Below are positions 50,508-63,390 of a stretch of DNA of 64,000 nucleotides, piece by piece. The DNA comes from Octopus sinensis. Its lineage: Eukaryota. Location of the stretch: the NCBI RefSeq assembly GCF_006345805.1, contig NC_043004.1, positions 71,610,001 through 71,674,000 on the forward strand, in the 5' to 3' direction. The notes beneath the pieces were generated by a model. It worked only from the letters and a program-made list of their open reading frames with translations. It made no database searches and was not told the DNA's origin. The stretch's first letter is position 1, and every line of letters starts with the position of its first letter. The position numbers were made by a program, and so were the translations under genes.

Positions 50508-50744
50508 TGAATTCTTTTTTAAAATGATGTGTTTTGAAGTTTTGCATTCGGTAAAATTTTGTTTATTTTTAGTAGTTTTGACCGCATTGGTCCCTCTTAG
50601 CGTGTTGGTATCTACGAATAATAGTACCCTCAATATAATATAAATGAATATTTTCAAAGAGGAAGATTTTACGAATTTTTTCTCTTACGGAGTTTTTGCA
50701 CGCTGACTACTGATAATTTCTTTTAAAGATTTTATCCTCAATTG

Positions 50745-50801
<57 letters not shown>

Positions 50802-50917
50802 CATATAATATATATATATAAAATATATATATACATATATATATACACACACATATATATACATATATATACATATATATATATACATATATATATACAC
50901 ATATATATATACATATG

Positions 50918-50971
<54 letters not shown>

Positions 50972-51028
50972 TATATATATATATATATACATTTATATAA
51001 ATATATATACATATATACATATATATAA

Positions 51029-51065
<37 letters not shown>

Positions 51066-51292
51066 TAAATATACATATATATATAAATATACATATATAT
51101 ATATCGTTACGGTATATTCTGTTAAGAACCTAGTAGAGTGCAACATATAGCTCGACCATCTTAATATTTACCCTGTACAATCCAGTAGTGAATAGATAAT
51201 TGAAAACACTGAAGTTAGCAACAGAAGGTACAATTGGAAGATCGTTGTTTTGCTCACTACACTTGTTTCCACGCACACCAGCATAACTTCAA

Positions 51293-51394
<102 letters not shown>

Positions 51395-51404
51395 TTATAT
51401 ATAT

Positions 51405-51610
51405 AGTTAATCCAAACATGAAAACACAACAACGCGAGGACGTGGAACAAGTATAGTGTTACTGGACGCTCAGGAAAGCAAAGAGAGAAGGAGGATTTAA
51501 TTTTTAGAGCGGAGCTCTTCGTCAGAAACATAGAAAAAGGAAAGATCCAAGGAAGGGAAGACGGAGGAAAAAATCGCCAACGATACACACGCCTCACATA
51601 TAGAATGACT
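51405..51610 (-). mobile_element. PLE-derived small repeat with a decayed minimal hammerhead
   Basis: Minus strand GTTT-CTGACGA-AGAG-ctccg-CTCT-aaaaa-ttaaat (51495-51529). The GAAAC segment is mutated; element is flanked by (TA)n. Confidence 0.5.
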
Positions 51611-51664
51611 GGAAGGGAATGGGTGAAGAAAAAGTTTTTTCTTATATATATATATATATATATA

Positions 51665-51892
51665 CTCTCTTTACTATTAACTCTTTTACTTGTTTCAGTC
51701 ATTTGACTGTGGCCATGCTGGAGCAACGCCTTTAGTCGAGCAAATCAACTTATTCTTTGTTAGCCTATTACTTATTCTATCGGTCTCTTTTGCCGCATCG
51801 CTAAGTTACGGGGACGTAAACACACCAGCGTCGATTGTCAAGCGATGTTGTGTGTGGACAAATACGGTCATACGAACATATACACACACACA

Positions 51893-51928
<36 letters not shown>

Positions 51929-52085
51929 TATATGCACATATATACGACGGGCTTCTTTCAGTTTCCGTCTACCAAATTCACTCACAAGGCTGTGGTCGGC
52001 CGGAGACTATAGTAGAAGACACTTGCCCAAGGTGCCACGCAGTAGGAATGAATCCGGAACCATGTGGTTGGTAAGCAAGCTACTT
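51665..52085 (-). mobile_element. SINE family C
   Basis: tcttttacttgtttcagtcatttgactgtggccatgctggagc...cttgcccaaggtgccacgc...gtaagcaagctact. Confidence 0.85.
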
Positions 52086-52399
52086 TATTTCATAAATTTG
52101 TCATATAGACAGTACAAAGAGCTTTGCGGGCTGGGCAAACACATTAATGAATGAAAATGAAATATAATGAATAAATGAGAGACGAAACCCAACACCCGCC
52201 GATTGGATTTTTCTCGAAAACATATTTTCTTTTTTTTTAAAAATCAATATGAGGTTTCAAATCTCTTACAAGAAGGAGGCACTAAAACCTCTTACTTAAC
52301 ATGTTTTCTTTCTTTTCTTTCTTAAAACACAAAATTGTGGTTATAAATCACTACAATATAATCCAATAAGGTGAGGTTTCAAACCCTGTAACGAGGGTC

Positions 52400-54115
52400 T
52401 TTCACCTCCTACTCTTCGATATATCCATCGATATATTCATCATTATCTTCAATGCCGCTTGAGTTCCTGTATCCCGCCATTTCCCATGCCTCACTCATGT
52501 AAGACATGTAAGTCGTGTAAGGGCCACCCAGCCATATGCGACACTCCTCCCCAAATCCTTTAAGCCTTTCCCACAAGGGAAACCTTATGACCTCCACAGC
52601 TATCTGCGGAGGCCATTCGGGATCCCGTGTGAAGAGCATATCTACTGTTTCTTTATGTTCTTCTACTATTTTTCCACCTCCCCGCCCTTGTAGAAAAAGA
52701 TAATTAATTGATCATCTTTAAGGGTGGGGGTGGTTTCTTCCACCGTGGGTGGTACAACTTCGGGACATGCAGTCGGCACATCATCTCCCCGCTGATATGA
52801 CCCGTTCTTCTTCCTTCTTTTTTCTTTTCTTCCTGGCTTCGGGAGAGTGGAGCTCTTTTGCTTTGTCCGGAGACTCTCCCCTGCTTCCCGAAGCCTTAGG
52901 TTCCTTCGGTGGGCAACTATTGTTGCCCGCCTTCTTCCTTTTTAATCCTTTTTGAGTTGAGGAGGCTGAAGCCTCCTCGACCACATCCACCTCTCCCTTT
53001 GACCGGATAGGGGAGGTGGCATCTAGTGACTGTTCCAGGACCTTACCATTGTCCTGGGTGCAGTTCCTCTTAATATGACCTGGCTGCAGGCACGAGTGAC
53101 ACTTTGGGGGACGTCCCTCAAGTATCACCGGATACCTGCAGCCAGCCATTTTCAAGAAATCTGGAAAAACCAGTTCTGTTGCGGCCGATGGGGTCCACAG
53201 GGTCAAAATCGCTTTTGACCCTTCCCAATCGACCGCCGGCAATACCCTAACATTTAAGAGCCTGGGCCCACCATTCCCCCAGTCCCCGTCGGATGGTATC
53301 TTCAATCCAATCCGCTTCGGTGCCCGGGGGCAGCCCACATACCCAGGCTCGTGTTAATTTTCTTCCACAATATGACGGGAGAAACAGAATTTCCTTGCCT
53401 TCTAAAGGCTGACTCGCAAACTGGCGAGCCTTTTCCCCGTTGTCAAACAGCAACCATATGGTTGCATGTTTGACACCACGGGATATATATTTTACAGAGG
53501 ACAAATGTTCTTTAAGTTCATATTTTTATGACTTGTTTTGGGAAGACGGTGATGGAATTAAGAACTTTAGAATACGTTCTAAGTACCATCGTCTTCTCCT
53601 CCATATCTTTTAACCACTGCTTAGGCGGGTTAATTTCCCACTCTAAGACAGAGTTTTTCTTTTTAAGTTCCTTCTCTGCCATGTCAAAAAACAGTTCAAA
53701 AGTAGTTCAAAAGACAGTCTGCCAAAAAATTAAATCGAATAAAAAAAACAAAATAAAAGAGGAGGGGAGGAAACTGAAATTAAAGTAATGAAAAGAATGA
53801 ACCAAAATTTTGAAAGAAAGAAAAATAGAAGAAGGGAAAATGAAAAGAAAAACCTCACAAATAGCACAGACAGGGAATCCTTTGTATAATACTCCAAAAA
53901 GGTAATCCAAAAGGGTAATTCAAATGGCTCATTCTTATTTTTCTGGCGAGATACGCCCACTAGAATTCACAAGAAGAATTCTCAAGTAAAAATTCTCAAT
54001 TCACCGTTACGTTGATGAGAACCCAGTATTTTGCTCGCTATAGCGAACCATAATTGACAATTTCTTTTTGTTCCTTATTTCTGTTCAAGGAGCCGAAACT
54101 CACATCTGCTCACTG
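52400..54115 (-). mobile_element. Degenerate Tx1-like 5' UTR plus ORF1 remnant
   Basis: YPVILEGRPPKCHSCLQPGHIKRNC (CCHC) and FLPSYCGRKLTRAWVCGLPP parallel ORF1 of the 9.2-kb element. The 5' motif cagtgagcagatgtgagtttcggctcc resembles caatggacggatgctagtcatatcggctcc at 9191. Confidence 0.75.
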
Positions 54116-54292
54116 TAACAGTCCAGACCAACTAGTGTTGCATTCTGGGTAAACAAGCTACTTACCACACAGCCACTCCTGCGCCTATAAATGAATTAGG
54201 TGCAGAGACGATCTCGGCGAGATACGAATTCAGAAGATAAAGAGCCGGAAAAATGTATTTTGCCCGAGACGCTAACGTTTGTGTCAGCCCCC

Positions 54293-54325
<33 letters not shown>

Positions 54326-54584
54326 GTATATCAGGATATGAGAATTCTTCTCGAGCCCTATGGACCCATATGAGCCAGTTTCTCAGTTTCCATGGCATAT
54401 ATATATTTATGCCCTGGACGGGTCGCCAGTCTGTAGCAGAATTACTCGTTTTACGAACATAGCGGACAGAGCACAACACATCACCCGGTCCAGGAACTGA
54501 AACCACAATCATAAGACAAACACCGTAACCACTAGGCTACACACACACACTCGCTCGCGCACCTGCACACGGACATGTTTGTAT

Positions 54585-54634
<50 letters not shown>

Positions 54635-54650
54635 TTACATACGTATGTAC

Positions 54651-54697
<47 letters not shown>

Positions 54698-54716
54698 CAT
54701 GTGTATATATATATTT

Positions 54717-54775
<59 letters not shown>

Positions 54776-54794
54776 CATGTGTATATATATATTT

Positions 54795-54859
<65 letters not shown>

Positions 54860-54879
54860 CATATATCAATATATATACG

Positions 54880-55300
54880 TGTATTCATTAAAGTTCATTT
54901 AGCCAATAATAACGATGAATATATTACCGCTCAAGATTTAAATGGAAATCGGAAATTAAATCTTAAGTACTTAAGTTGGAGAACAAGTTTAAACAAGAAA
55001 TGCCCAAGTGTACGTTTTGATGTTTATACGTAAACTGTTCAATCAATTATTAACAATTTCCAGTTGTTGGTTGCATAAGAAAGTTTAACGTCTAATCTAT
55101 ACATAATCGTTTCTGATGTTGATTATTTCATTGAATTTCGGAAAAATAAATAATTGTTTGTATTCCGTTTCTTTAAGGAAATGTATAAACATTGAATTTT
55201 CCGTTTATTTACATTGACGACACAAACAATCGATATTATGTTCGATTTTACTAAATCCCTTATATATTATATGTTTACGCACATAGACTCGGCCGCAGTT
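54880..55300. repeat. Interspersed repeat with an inverted copy at about 61150-61490
   Basis: ggaaatcggaaattaaa...aacaatttccagttgttg...tcattgaatttcgg...ccgtttatttacattgac matches the reverse complement of 61150-61490. Confidence 0.7.
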
Positions 55301-55312
55301 ACACTAACACAC

Positions 55313-55352
<40 letters not shown>

Positions 55353-56384
55353 CTTACTCTTTCTCTTTTGTTCTATATATGCATATATTTCATTCTTTTA
55401 TTTTTTACTCGTTTCAGTCATTTGATTGTGGCCATGCTGGAGCATCGTCTTCAAGGTCTTTAGCGGAAGAATTCTATCTAGAGACTTATTCTTTAATAGC
55501 CTAATAATTATTTTATCTGTTGCTTTTGCCGAACCGGTGCGTCACGGAGACTTAAACACACCATCATAGGTTGTCAAGCGAAGGTGGGCTGACAGCCACA
55601 ATGTTACGCATATATAAATATATTTTTTATTTTTATTTATGCGCCCTTTTCAAGCCTAACCAGGCTCATGGACCCCGTTTCCCGGCTTCTATGGCGTATG
55701 TGGTGCCCCAGCTGGATGGGACGCCAGTCCATTGAAACAGGGAGAAAGAGTAAGAGAAAGTTGAGGCGAAAGAGTACAACATGGGTCGACCCCTCTGCCG
55801 GAGCCCCGTGGAGCTTTAGGTTTTTTCGCTCAATAAATCAATGAACACACACAACACCCGGTCTGGGAATCGAAACCGCGATCCTCCGACCGCGAGTCCG
55901 TTGCCCTACCCACCGGGCCATTGCGCCTCCACATATAAATATATACATATATGCATATGCATCCGAGTAAGCATGTAAATGTGAAACAATGTGGAAAGAA
56001 AGACTATCGGTGATAGAGTAATATGCTTTAATATTAAAGTTGCAAAAGCGTCACAAACTTATCTCAAAAAACTGCAACTCAGAGTTTAACATATATCTTC
56101 GTCTGGCAGTCGTGATCAAGAAGGGTATAAAAATGTGAATGAACGTATAATGTGTATTTTTATATGGTACAAATTGACACATACGCGTGTGAATTTGATT
56201 GGTTGATATCACGTACGGTCTTTCAGAAATATGCAAAATGTGATAGTAAATATAAAAATATAAAATATAAATACATAGACATCGTGTTGTATAAATATGA
56301 AAAAAAATCTTGAGTTGAAAAAAATATCTTGTGTCGAAATAGATCATGCTTGCTGAGAATAGATTAATTAAAGATAGATAAATG

Positions 56385-56780
56385 AATGGTGGTCGTGTGA
56401 TAAGTAATTTGCTTACCAACCACATGGCCCTGGGTTCAGTCCCACTGCGTGGCAACTTTGGCAAGTGTCTTCTACTATAGCCTCGGGCCGACCAAAGCCT
56501 TGTGAATGGATTTGGTAGACGCAAACTGAAAGTGAAAGAATCCCGTCCTATATATGTATATGTATATATGTGTGTACATGTTTGTGTGTCTGTATTTATC
56601 CCCAACATCGCTGGACAAGTGATGTTGGTGTGTTTACGTCCCCCTAACTTAGCGGTTCGGCAGAAGAAACTGATAGAATAAGTACTACGGTAACAAAGAA
56701 TAAGTCCTGGGGTCGATTTGCTCGACTAAAGGTGAAGCTTCAGCATGGCCACAGTCAAAGGATTGAAACAAATAATTAAA
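56385..56780 (+). mobile_element. SINE family C
   Basis: ggtggtcgtgtgataagtaatttgcttaccaaccacatgg...ggcaagtgtcttctactatagcctcgggccgacc...cagcatggccacagtc. Confidence 0.85.
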
Positions 56781-56840
56781 GAGAGATGTATGTTGTGTTT
56801 CATAAATTTTGAACATATGCAATGGAAAATTCTTTAGGTA

Positions 56841-57056
56841 TACTTTTCTGCTCTATGCACAAGGGCCGAAATGCGTGGGGATGGGGCCAGTCGATTAGAT
56901 CAACTCCAGTACGCAAATGGTACTTTATTTATCGACCCCGAAATTATGAAAAGCAAAGTCGACCTGGGCGGAATTTGAATTCAGACCGTAAAGACAGGCG
57001 AGATACTGCTAAGCATTTCGCCCGGCGTGCTAACGTTTCTGCCAGTTCGCCGCCTT
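56841..57056 (-). mobile_element. SINE family A with TSD
   Basis: aaattctttaggtat flanks both sides (about 56827 and 57058). Confidence 0.85.
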
Positions 57057-57569
57057 GAAATTCTTTAGGTATTAAGACAATGTGTGTGTGTATACGTATG
57101 TATGAACGTTTGTATGATTTGTCTACTTCACAATTTTATTTATTAGTATTCTTTTTAAAAGGATGCAACTGGTTTAAAACAAAGAAAAGTGCTACCGCTA
57201 GTTTTTGGATCATATATATATTTATTAGAAATCGATCTTTAAGAATAGTCAGCTTACAGATTGTATTTGGTAAAATCCGTGTGTCTCGGTCAGTTTCTTT
57301 TGTTAGAATATCTTAGCTTCTCTCAATTGCCACTGCAACATTTACTGACATAACCAAGTGCTCCAGTAATTATTGATATAAATGTGATTCTACAGTCAAG
57401 GTAGAGTGAAAGCTGTTTCCGTAGCTGCACATAGATATTCTCCTTCTTGCTGATTTTGCATGAGATATTTCCATCTTCAGTGCAGCCGACTAACGTCATT
57501 GTACACGACGTTTCTTTCACGTCTCAAGTAACTACGTCAGGTTTGTTATTTTGGCGCTTGGTAGAAGTT

Positions 57570-58200
57570 TTGACACCAAAGATTATTAAGATTATTAAGG
57601 ATCAATAACAAAACCTAAACTCATGTATGCCACATTTATAGAAAGACAATAACTACAATAAACGACACAGAAATAGAAACAATATTACAAGCATGTAATT
57701 CCCTTCTCTTTCTCAACAATGCTTTCTAGATTAAGGAAAACCGTATAGTGATATTTGACCTAAGTATTCACTGAAAGACAAAGATACATTGACGGCTCTT
57801 ACATATTAGCAAACTTTCAAAGAAAAATTACATTCGTATCAAGTTGTCTCTACAGGGACAACGGTCTATTCTTGTCAAGAAACTATAGCGGACAAAATGG
57901 AGGAATTAAGGAAAGGTCTACATCAAGTATTTGGAAAACGTAGGCGTGTTCTTTACGGTAAACACAAAAAATCAGTAATCTTACTCGATGCTACACTTGA
58001 CGTAGAATCCAGTGTATATAAACTAAAAAAGAAAGATAACGCACAAATCCAATATATACGTAGGTAATCCATCCACCGAAGAGCGTAGTTAAAAAACCTA
58101 GTATAGGACCTATCTCTAAAAGTATTGCTTCTTTATCTTCCATCAAAATAAAAACTCCAAATAACGAAGCTTTCAATTTACAACATCTCTAAACTGACTG
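57570..58200 (+). mobile_element. Degenerate PLE reverse-transcriptase fragment (same GLYRD-type group as element A)
   Basis: TINDTEIETILQACNSLLFLNN, LYRDNGL, VILLDATLDVESSVYK..., with stops and frameshifts. Confidence 0.7.
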
Positions 58201-60766
58201 CCCCTCATATTCTCTTACTGGTTGGGAAACAACAAATGTCACAAAGGACAAAGTTTGGACAGTATGAAAGGCGAGAGACAGTTTTGATGCCCATTTCTGT
58301 CAAGTAGCTGGTTACAGAGTTAGAATTGTGGACAGATGCATTTTTCTGCTACACGTGCCACCAATTCCTGTGTAATAGCTCTCGCATTTTACAAAACATC
58401 TCTTCCTGAACGTCTTCTAAACCTTCGTAAAATACTTTTCGGGGACCATTTGGCCAGAGGGAACCCAATTTATATAGTCGATACAGGTGGTGTTAAAAAC
58501 ATAAAGGATCATTACGAGCTTTGCAGTGGAGTTGCTTTGCCTTGGCTTCTTAAATCTAGAGGAACCAGAAAGCTTCCGTTTGTTATGCTGTTAAGTGGTC
58601 TTTGCATCCTAACAGTAGTTTCAGTTTTCCTCATGGTCAGGTTTGTTGGATTGGATATAATGATCTAAACCATCATGCTGATGCCACAAAAGCTTCATTC
58701 GTTCTCTTCATCAGTGAGTGTTCTTGCAACAATCTTTGCACCAAATTTTGCTGCTGATAGATCCCTACTCACAATTCTGTCGGCAGCCTCGCACCAAATT
58801 CAACCTGCGTGTTTAGACAAACGACAATCTTCATCCTTCTTCCTCTCACCTCTTATCGTCTTTCACTTCCCCTCTACTGCACTTGACTATTTTGTCCCAG
58901 CGATAAAATGTTGTTCAGTTTACATAAGATAATCCATAAGATACCAGTTTAACACAAAATTTTATTGCCTGAGCGAGCTTTCGAATTGTCTTCACGACCT
59001 GACTGTGTCCTGCAAACGACCCAACTGTGACAAGTAGTGTATAGTAGGGTGTGTTCAAAAGTATCATTGCAGCCGTCTCCTTTAGTCTGGAATAAAAACA
59101 AATAACTGCAGCAGGTCATCTTATTAGATGCCTAGTATTAATATAGTTAAATAGCAATGATCTAGGCAGTTATAAATGTCTCTCCTGAAACAAATTCTAG
59201 AAATTTCTGAAATGCATCGCGTACATTCTTTCTCGGCACATAGGATCTCAAGCAAGTAAAAGAAGCCGGGCATCCACGGGCAGTCTTCGATATTTTCTGT
59301 CCCAAGGTTTTTTTTTATTCCTTTTGTTGCACGTATTCTACACGATCTTTCACACCACTTCACTCACTCTAAGATGAAGTATTTTGATAAATGGCGAAAT
59401 TTCTATATATTAAAATGAATAGTTTACTGAGATGGAACAGCCAAATCGCCTTTAGTATACTACTGACATTTTTAATTCCATAGATTCCATTTCCGCTGAC
59501 TTAAGCTGATGCATAAAGTCAAGTTGTTCACAAACCGCTTCACGAATTTCACTTCTCAAAAGCAACTACTTATTAGTATTAACAAATATATCAATTCTTA
59601 CACTATGACCATACTCTGTAATTTCAACATTTTAAAACTTTATTTTATTCATTTGCATGGTTTCAAATTTTGGCGCAAGTTCAGCAATTTTGGGGAAGAT
59701 GTTAAGTCGAATACTTCGACCCTGCTACTCGACTGGTGCTTATTTAATCGGACGCGAAAGGATGAAAGGGAATATGAACCTTGGGAAAATTTGAATTTAG
59801 AACGTATAAACGGACGAAATGCTGCAAAGCATTTTGTCACCGGCTTACTTCTTTGATATGATATTGTTTAATTTTTTTTTCTGATCGTCCATTGGAAAAT
59901 AAAGTACACGTTTCAATACATATATATTTCTCTTATATATTTCACTTACCTTTGACATGCTAAACAATAGATTACACTTTATGACAGCGTTCTTTTGTTA
60001 TTTATCTGCATTCGAATCTCATTTATCTTTCCACATTATAATCAATATAGTTAATAAACTACAGCAGTCAAATAACCACCTAGAGAACATTTTTTATTAA
60101 AATTAAATAAGGGTAGGAATTGATATTAATCAATTAAAACCAGTGACCTAGCACATTTTAAAAAAATCCGAAGATTAAAACATTTTTACATATACAATGT
60201 AGAGGACTGACCACTAAAAGTAGACAGCCTAAATGCTAGATATAGTGGTCAAAATCGACATTTTCCACGAAGAATATGTTCTCAAGAAAAAATTTCAGCA
60301 AAAAACCAAATTTCAAATAAAAAATGTTCTCTAGCCGGTAAATTGACTGCTGTAGTTTATTTACTGCAGAGTAATTTCCGATCTCAGCGCGCCAAAGTGA
60401 AGGCATTTGAAAGATACTCATAAATATAAATTGTAGAACGTTATACATACTGGATTTCGGTTGAGCGTCATGTAACTAGTTCTGGAAATTGTGTTTTGTA
60501 AACGACAGACTGATGGTCTTGCAGGTGTTTACGTATCCATATACGTAAATATTAACAAGTGAAACAAATTAGTACATAGGTAATGTTTTTTTTATTTCGT
60601 ATATTTTCATTTGTCTTGCTTATTTTTACACTTTGTGTTCTTTTTTTGCTGAAATTATTTCTAGAGGACATATTCTACGTGGAAAATGGCGATTTTGATG
60701 TCTATATCTAGCATATAGGCTGTCTACTTTTAGTGGTCAGTCCTCTAAATAGATAGATATACATAT

Positions 60767-60834
<68 letters not shown>

Positions 60835-60958
60835 ATATGTATATCTGTCTATCTACACCACACACACACATATATATATATATACATATAATATTTGACA
60901 AATAGTTGATCGTCATAAAATTCCTCTACCTTACATAATATCGAGGTCTCATTCATTC

Positions 60959-60996
<38 letters not shown>

Positions 60997-61063
60997 TATT
61001 AGTAGTATTAGTAGTAGTAGTAGTAGTAGTAGTAGTATTATTATTATTATTATTTTATTATTA

Positions 61064-61129
<66 letters not shown>

Positions 61130-61517
61130 GAGATCAGTGTGCTGACGTGATTGCGGCCGTATCTATGTAAGTAAATATATATGATATATAAATGTTTCAG
61201 AAACATCGAAAACAATATCGATTGTTCGTGTAGTCAATGTAAATAAACGGATCCTTCTTTGCTTTTACACTTTCTTGTTTACTACAAAATGCAGTATTAA
61301 CATTCATTTCCCGAAATTCAATGAAATAATCAACATCAGCAATAATCATGTATACATTAGACCTTACACTCTATTATACAAGCAACAACTGGAAATTGTT
61401 ATTGATTGATCAGTTTATGAACACTAAAGAACACTAAAACAATTCTTGTTGAATCTTGTTACTCAAATTTTAGTTTCCGATTCCTTTTAATTTATAAGTG
61501 GTGAGTTTATTAGGGCA

Positions 61518-61568
<51 letters not shown>

Positions 61569-61574
<6 letters not shown>

Positions 61575-62106
61575 TAAAATTACTAAGTCTCTCTAAAGGA
61601 GATTACGGCAGCGTTACTGGATATTAATAGTTATCGCCATACTAATATGGCAGTCTATAAATAAGACTAAAGCTGTCGCTGATTAGCTCCAAGAGGCCAA
61701 CGCCTCTAGCTAGCTATATGACACACGAACCTGCGTCCATTACAACCTTCGAACAGGGGAGGTCAGCCGCTTCACCTTGCTAGTCAGACATCTGCAGACA
61801 TGTTTCAGGGTTGTTGCCCTTTATCAATGCAGCGTAGTCAGAACCAGCAGGTGTCGCTACTGACCGTCTGTTCGAAGATTTTATTTACATAGTTACAGTG
61901 GAATGCATCCACTTGTTTTCAATAATAGAAATATTAAAATTACTAAGTCTCTCTAAAGGAGATTACGGCAGCGTTACTGGATATTAATAGTTATCGCCAT
62001 ACTAATATGGCAGTCTATAAATAAGACTAAAGCTGTCGCTGATCAGCTCCAAGAGGCCAACGCCTCTAGCTAGCTATATGACACACGAACCTGCATCCAT
62101 TACAAC
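61569..62106. mobile_element. Retrozyme-like element: 178-bp direct repeats around a 182-bp structured spacer (period 360 bp)
   Basis: 61569-61746 equals 61929-62106 with 2 mismatches. The spacer is closed by cttcgaacag/ctgttcgaag and contains an HHR on minus. Confidence 0.8.
61792..61832 (-). ncRNA. Type I hammerhead ribozyme with U3-A8 variant core (predicted)
   Basis: Minus strand CTGCA-TTGATAA-AGGG-caacaa-CCCT-GAAA-CATG-TC-TGCAG. All three stems are perfect; GUC cleavage site. Confidence 0.75.
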
Positions 62107-62149
62107 TAGTAGTATATCTTCTTCACTGATATCTTTACTAATCCATCGT

Positions 62150-62420
62150 AACGAGTTCGTTCAGTCGACTGTGCTCCATCGGGGTGCTGAAGAGACTTTT
62201 GAACTGGTCATTCAGTACCTCACTGATCCTGGTTGGACTAACTGTTAGGGAGCCAAACTTTTGGAAGAAGGGCTCCTATATTCCAGCGTACTGAGGTTGT
62301 TTCTTTGGCGTAATGAAAGAAGCCTTTTTGGTTTGACAATGTTTTTTATAACTCAAGCTTCTTTGCCTGCTCTCTCCCTCGCATAGGATTGTTGCTGGCT
62401 TTTGATCTGAGATCGTGTGC
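62150..62420 (-). mobile_element. Degenerate CR1/L2-like LINE ORF2 fragment (pre-RT region)
   Basis: Minus translation PTRISEVLNDQFKSLFSTP resembles the conserved AEILNxQFxSVF motif. Confidence 0.5.
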
Positions 62421-63128
62421 GGAAACAAAAACAGTTGCACTACAGAAATTGTTTAGTAAACAGGTCGCGGTCTCAAAGCGAAGAAAATATTTTGGCAAAT
62501 TAAGTTTAAATGTCGAAGTGAATCTAACGGCTTTTGTGTGTTTTTAACTTTCTTATAAACGCCTTCCACGCTGCAGCTGTATATATATATATATATATAT
62601 ATAGATATATGTGTGCGTGTGTGCGTATGTGTGTGTGTGGGTGGGTGTGGGTGTGTGTATGCATATACATACATACATATATATATATATACACATAATG
62701 ATAGACATATTACAAGAAAAAATAATGTTGTTACACACAGGTAACGTAACATATACATCCACTCGTATGACAGCGTAAAAAGTAAACGGTTTCTGGTAAT
62801 AATTACTTTTCTTTTGTTTCTTTTTCTAGTCTTTTTCTTTTTTAACTATTTTATGCATTTAACATTTCTGCATAAAACTGATGTTTCAGGCAATCACTGT
62901 ACGGTAGGACCGGAGCTTTTATACGTGTGAAATTACCAACCCCAGTCGTGTGCTAGGCGTATATAATTAGATCGTGGTGCGCGAGCTCAGTGTGAAGTCG
63001 GAGTTCCCACCTCTTCTCAGTTGCGGACTGTACATCGCAGAGAGCAGATGCGCCACAACTTCACTCTCCCTTCAACGTGGTTCTTTACTGAAGTTTGCAT
63101 TTACTACATCAGTAACTATTTCTTGTAA

Positions 63129-63390
63129 ATGTCTGATCATATGATGGATCGGTTGTTAAATAGCGGAAGCATGTTAAAACGAGACAATAACAACACAGGA
63201 TGTGAAAGTGCGACAAGTTCAAATGAAAAGACACTGACTCATCAGTCGAAACGCAAAAACAGTAAATATTGTGATTTATACGTATCCTTTGGAGTTATAA
63301 GGAGAGGTTGTGAAGGTGAATAGAAACCACAATGCGTTCTGTTATGAAATATTGTCGAATGAAAGTATGACGCCAGCCAAACTTTGTCAA
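63129..63390 (+). mobile_element. hAT (Buster/Charlie, ZBED5-like) transposase 5' fragment
   Basis: KRKNSKYCDLYVSFG...E*KPQCVL, then shifted EILSNESMTPAKL. Confidence 0.7.

Larger units (their letters stand above)
49930..50640. mobile_element. Young fold-back element (327/328-bp arms, 56-bp spacer) with two identical type I hammerhead ribozymes
   Basis: Arms 49930-50256 and 50313-50640 are near-perfect reverse complements; (TA)n on the left flank. Confidence 0.92.

Noticed and set aside
54880-55033. Peptide [24 protein letters not shown] faintly like exon 4
   Set aside because: The DNA is an interspersed repeat with an inverted copy at 61.2-61.5 kb and lacks a splice acceptor.
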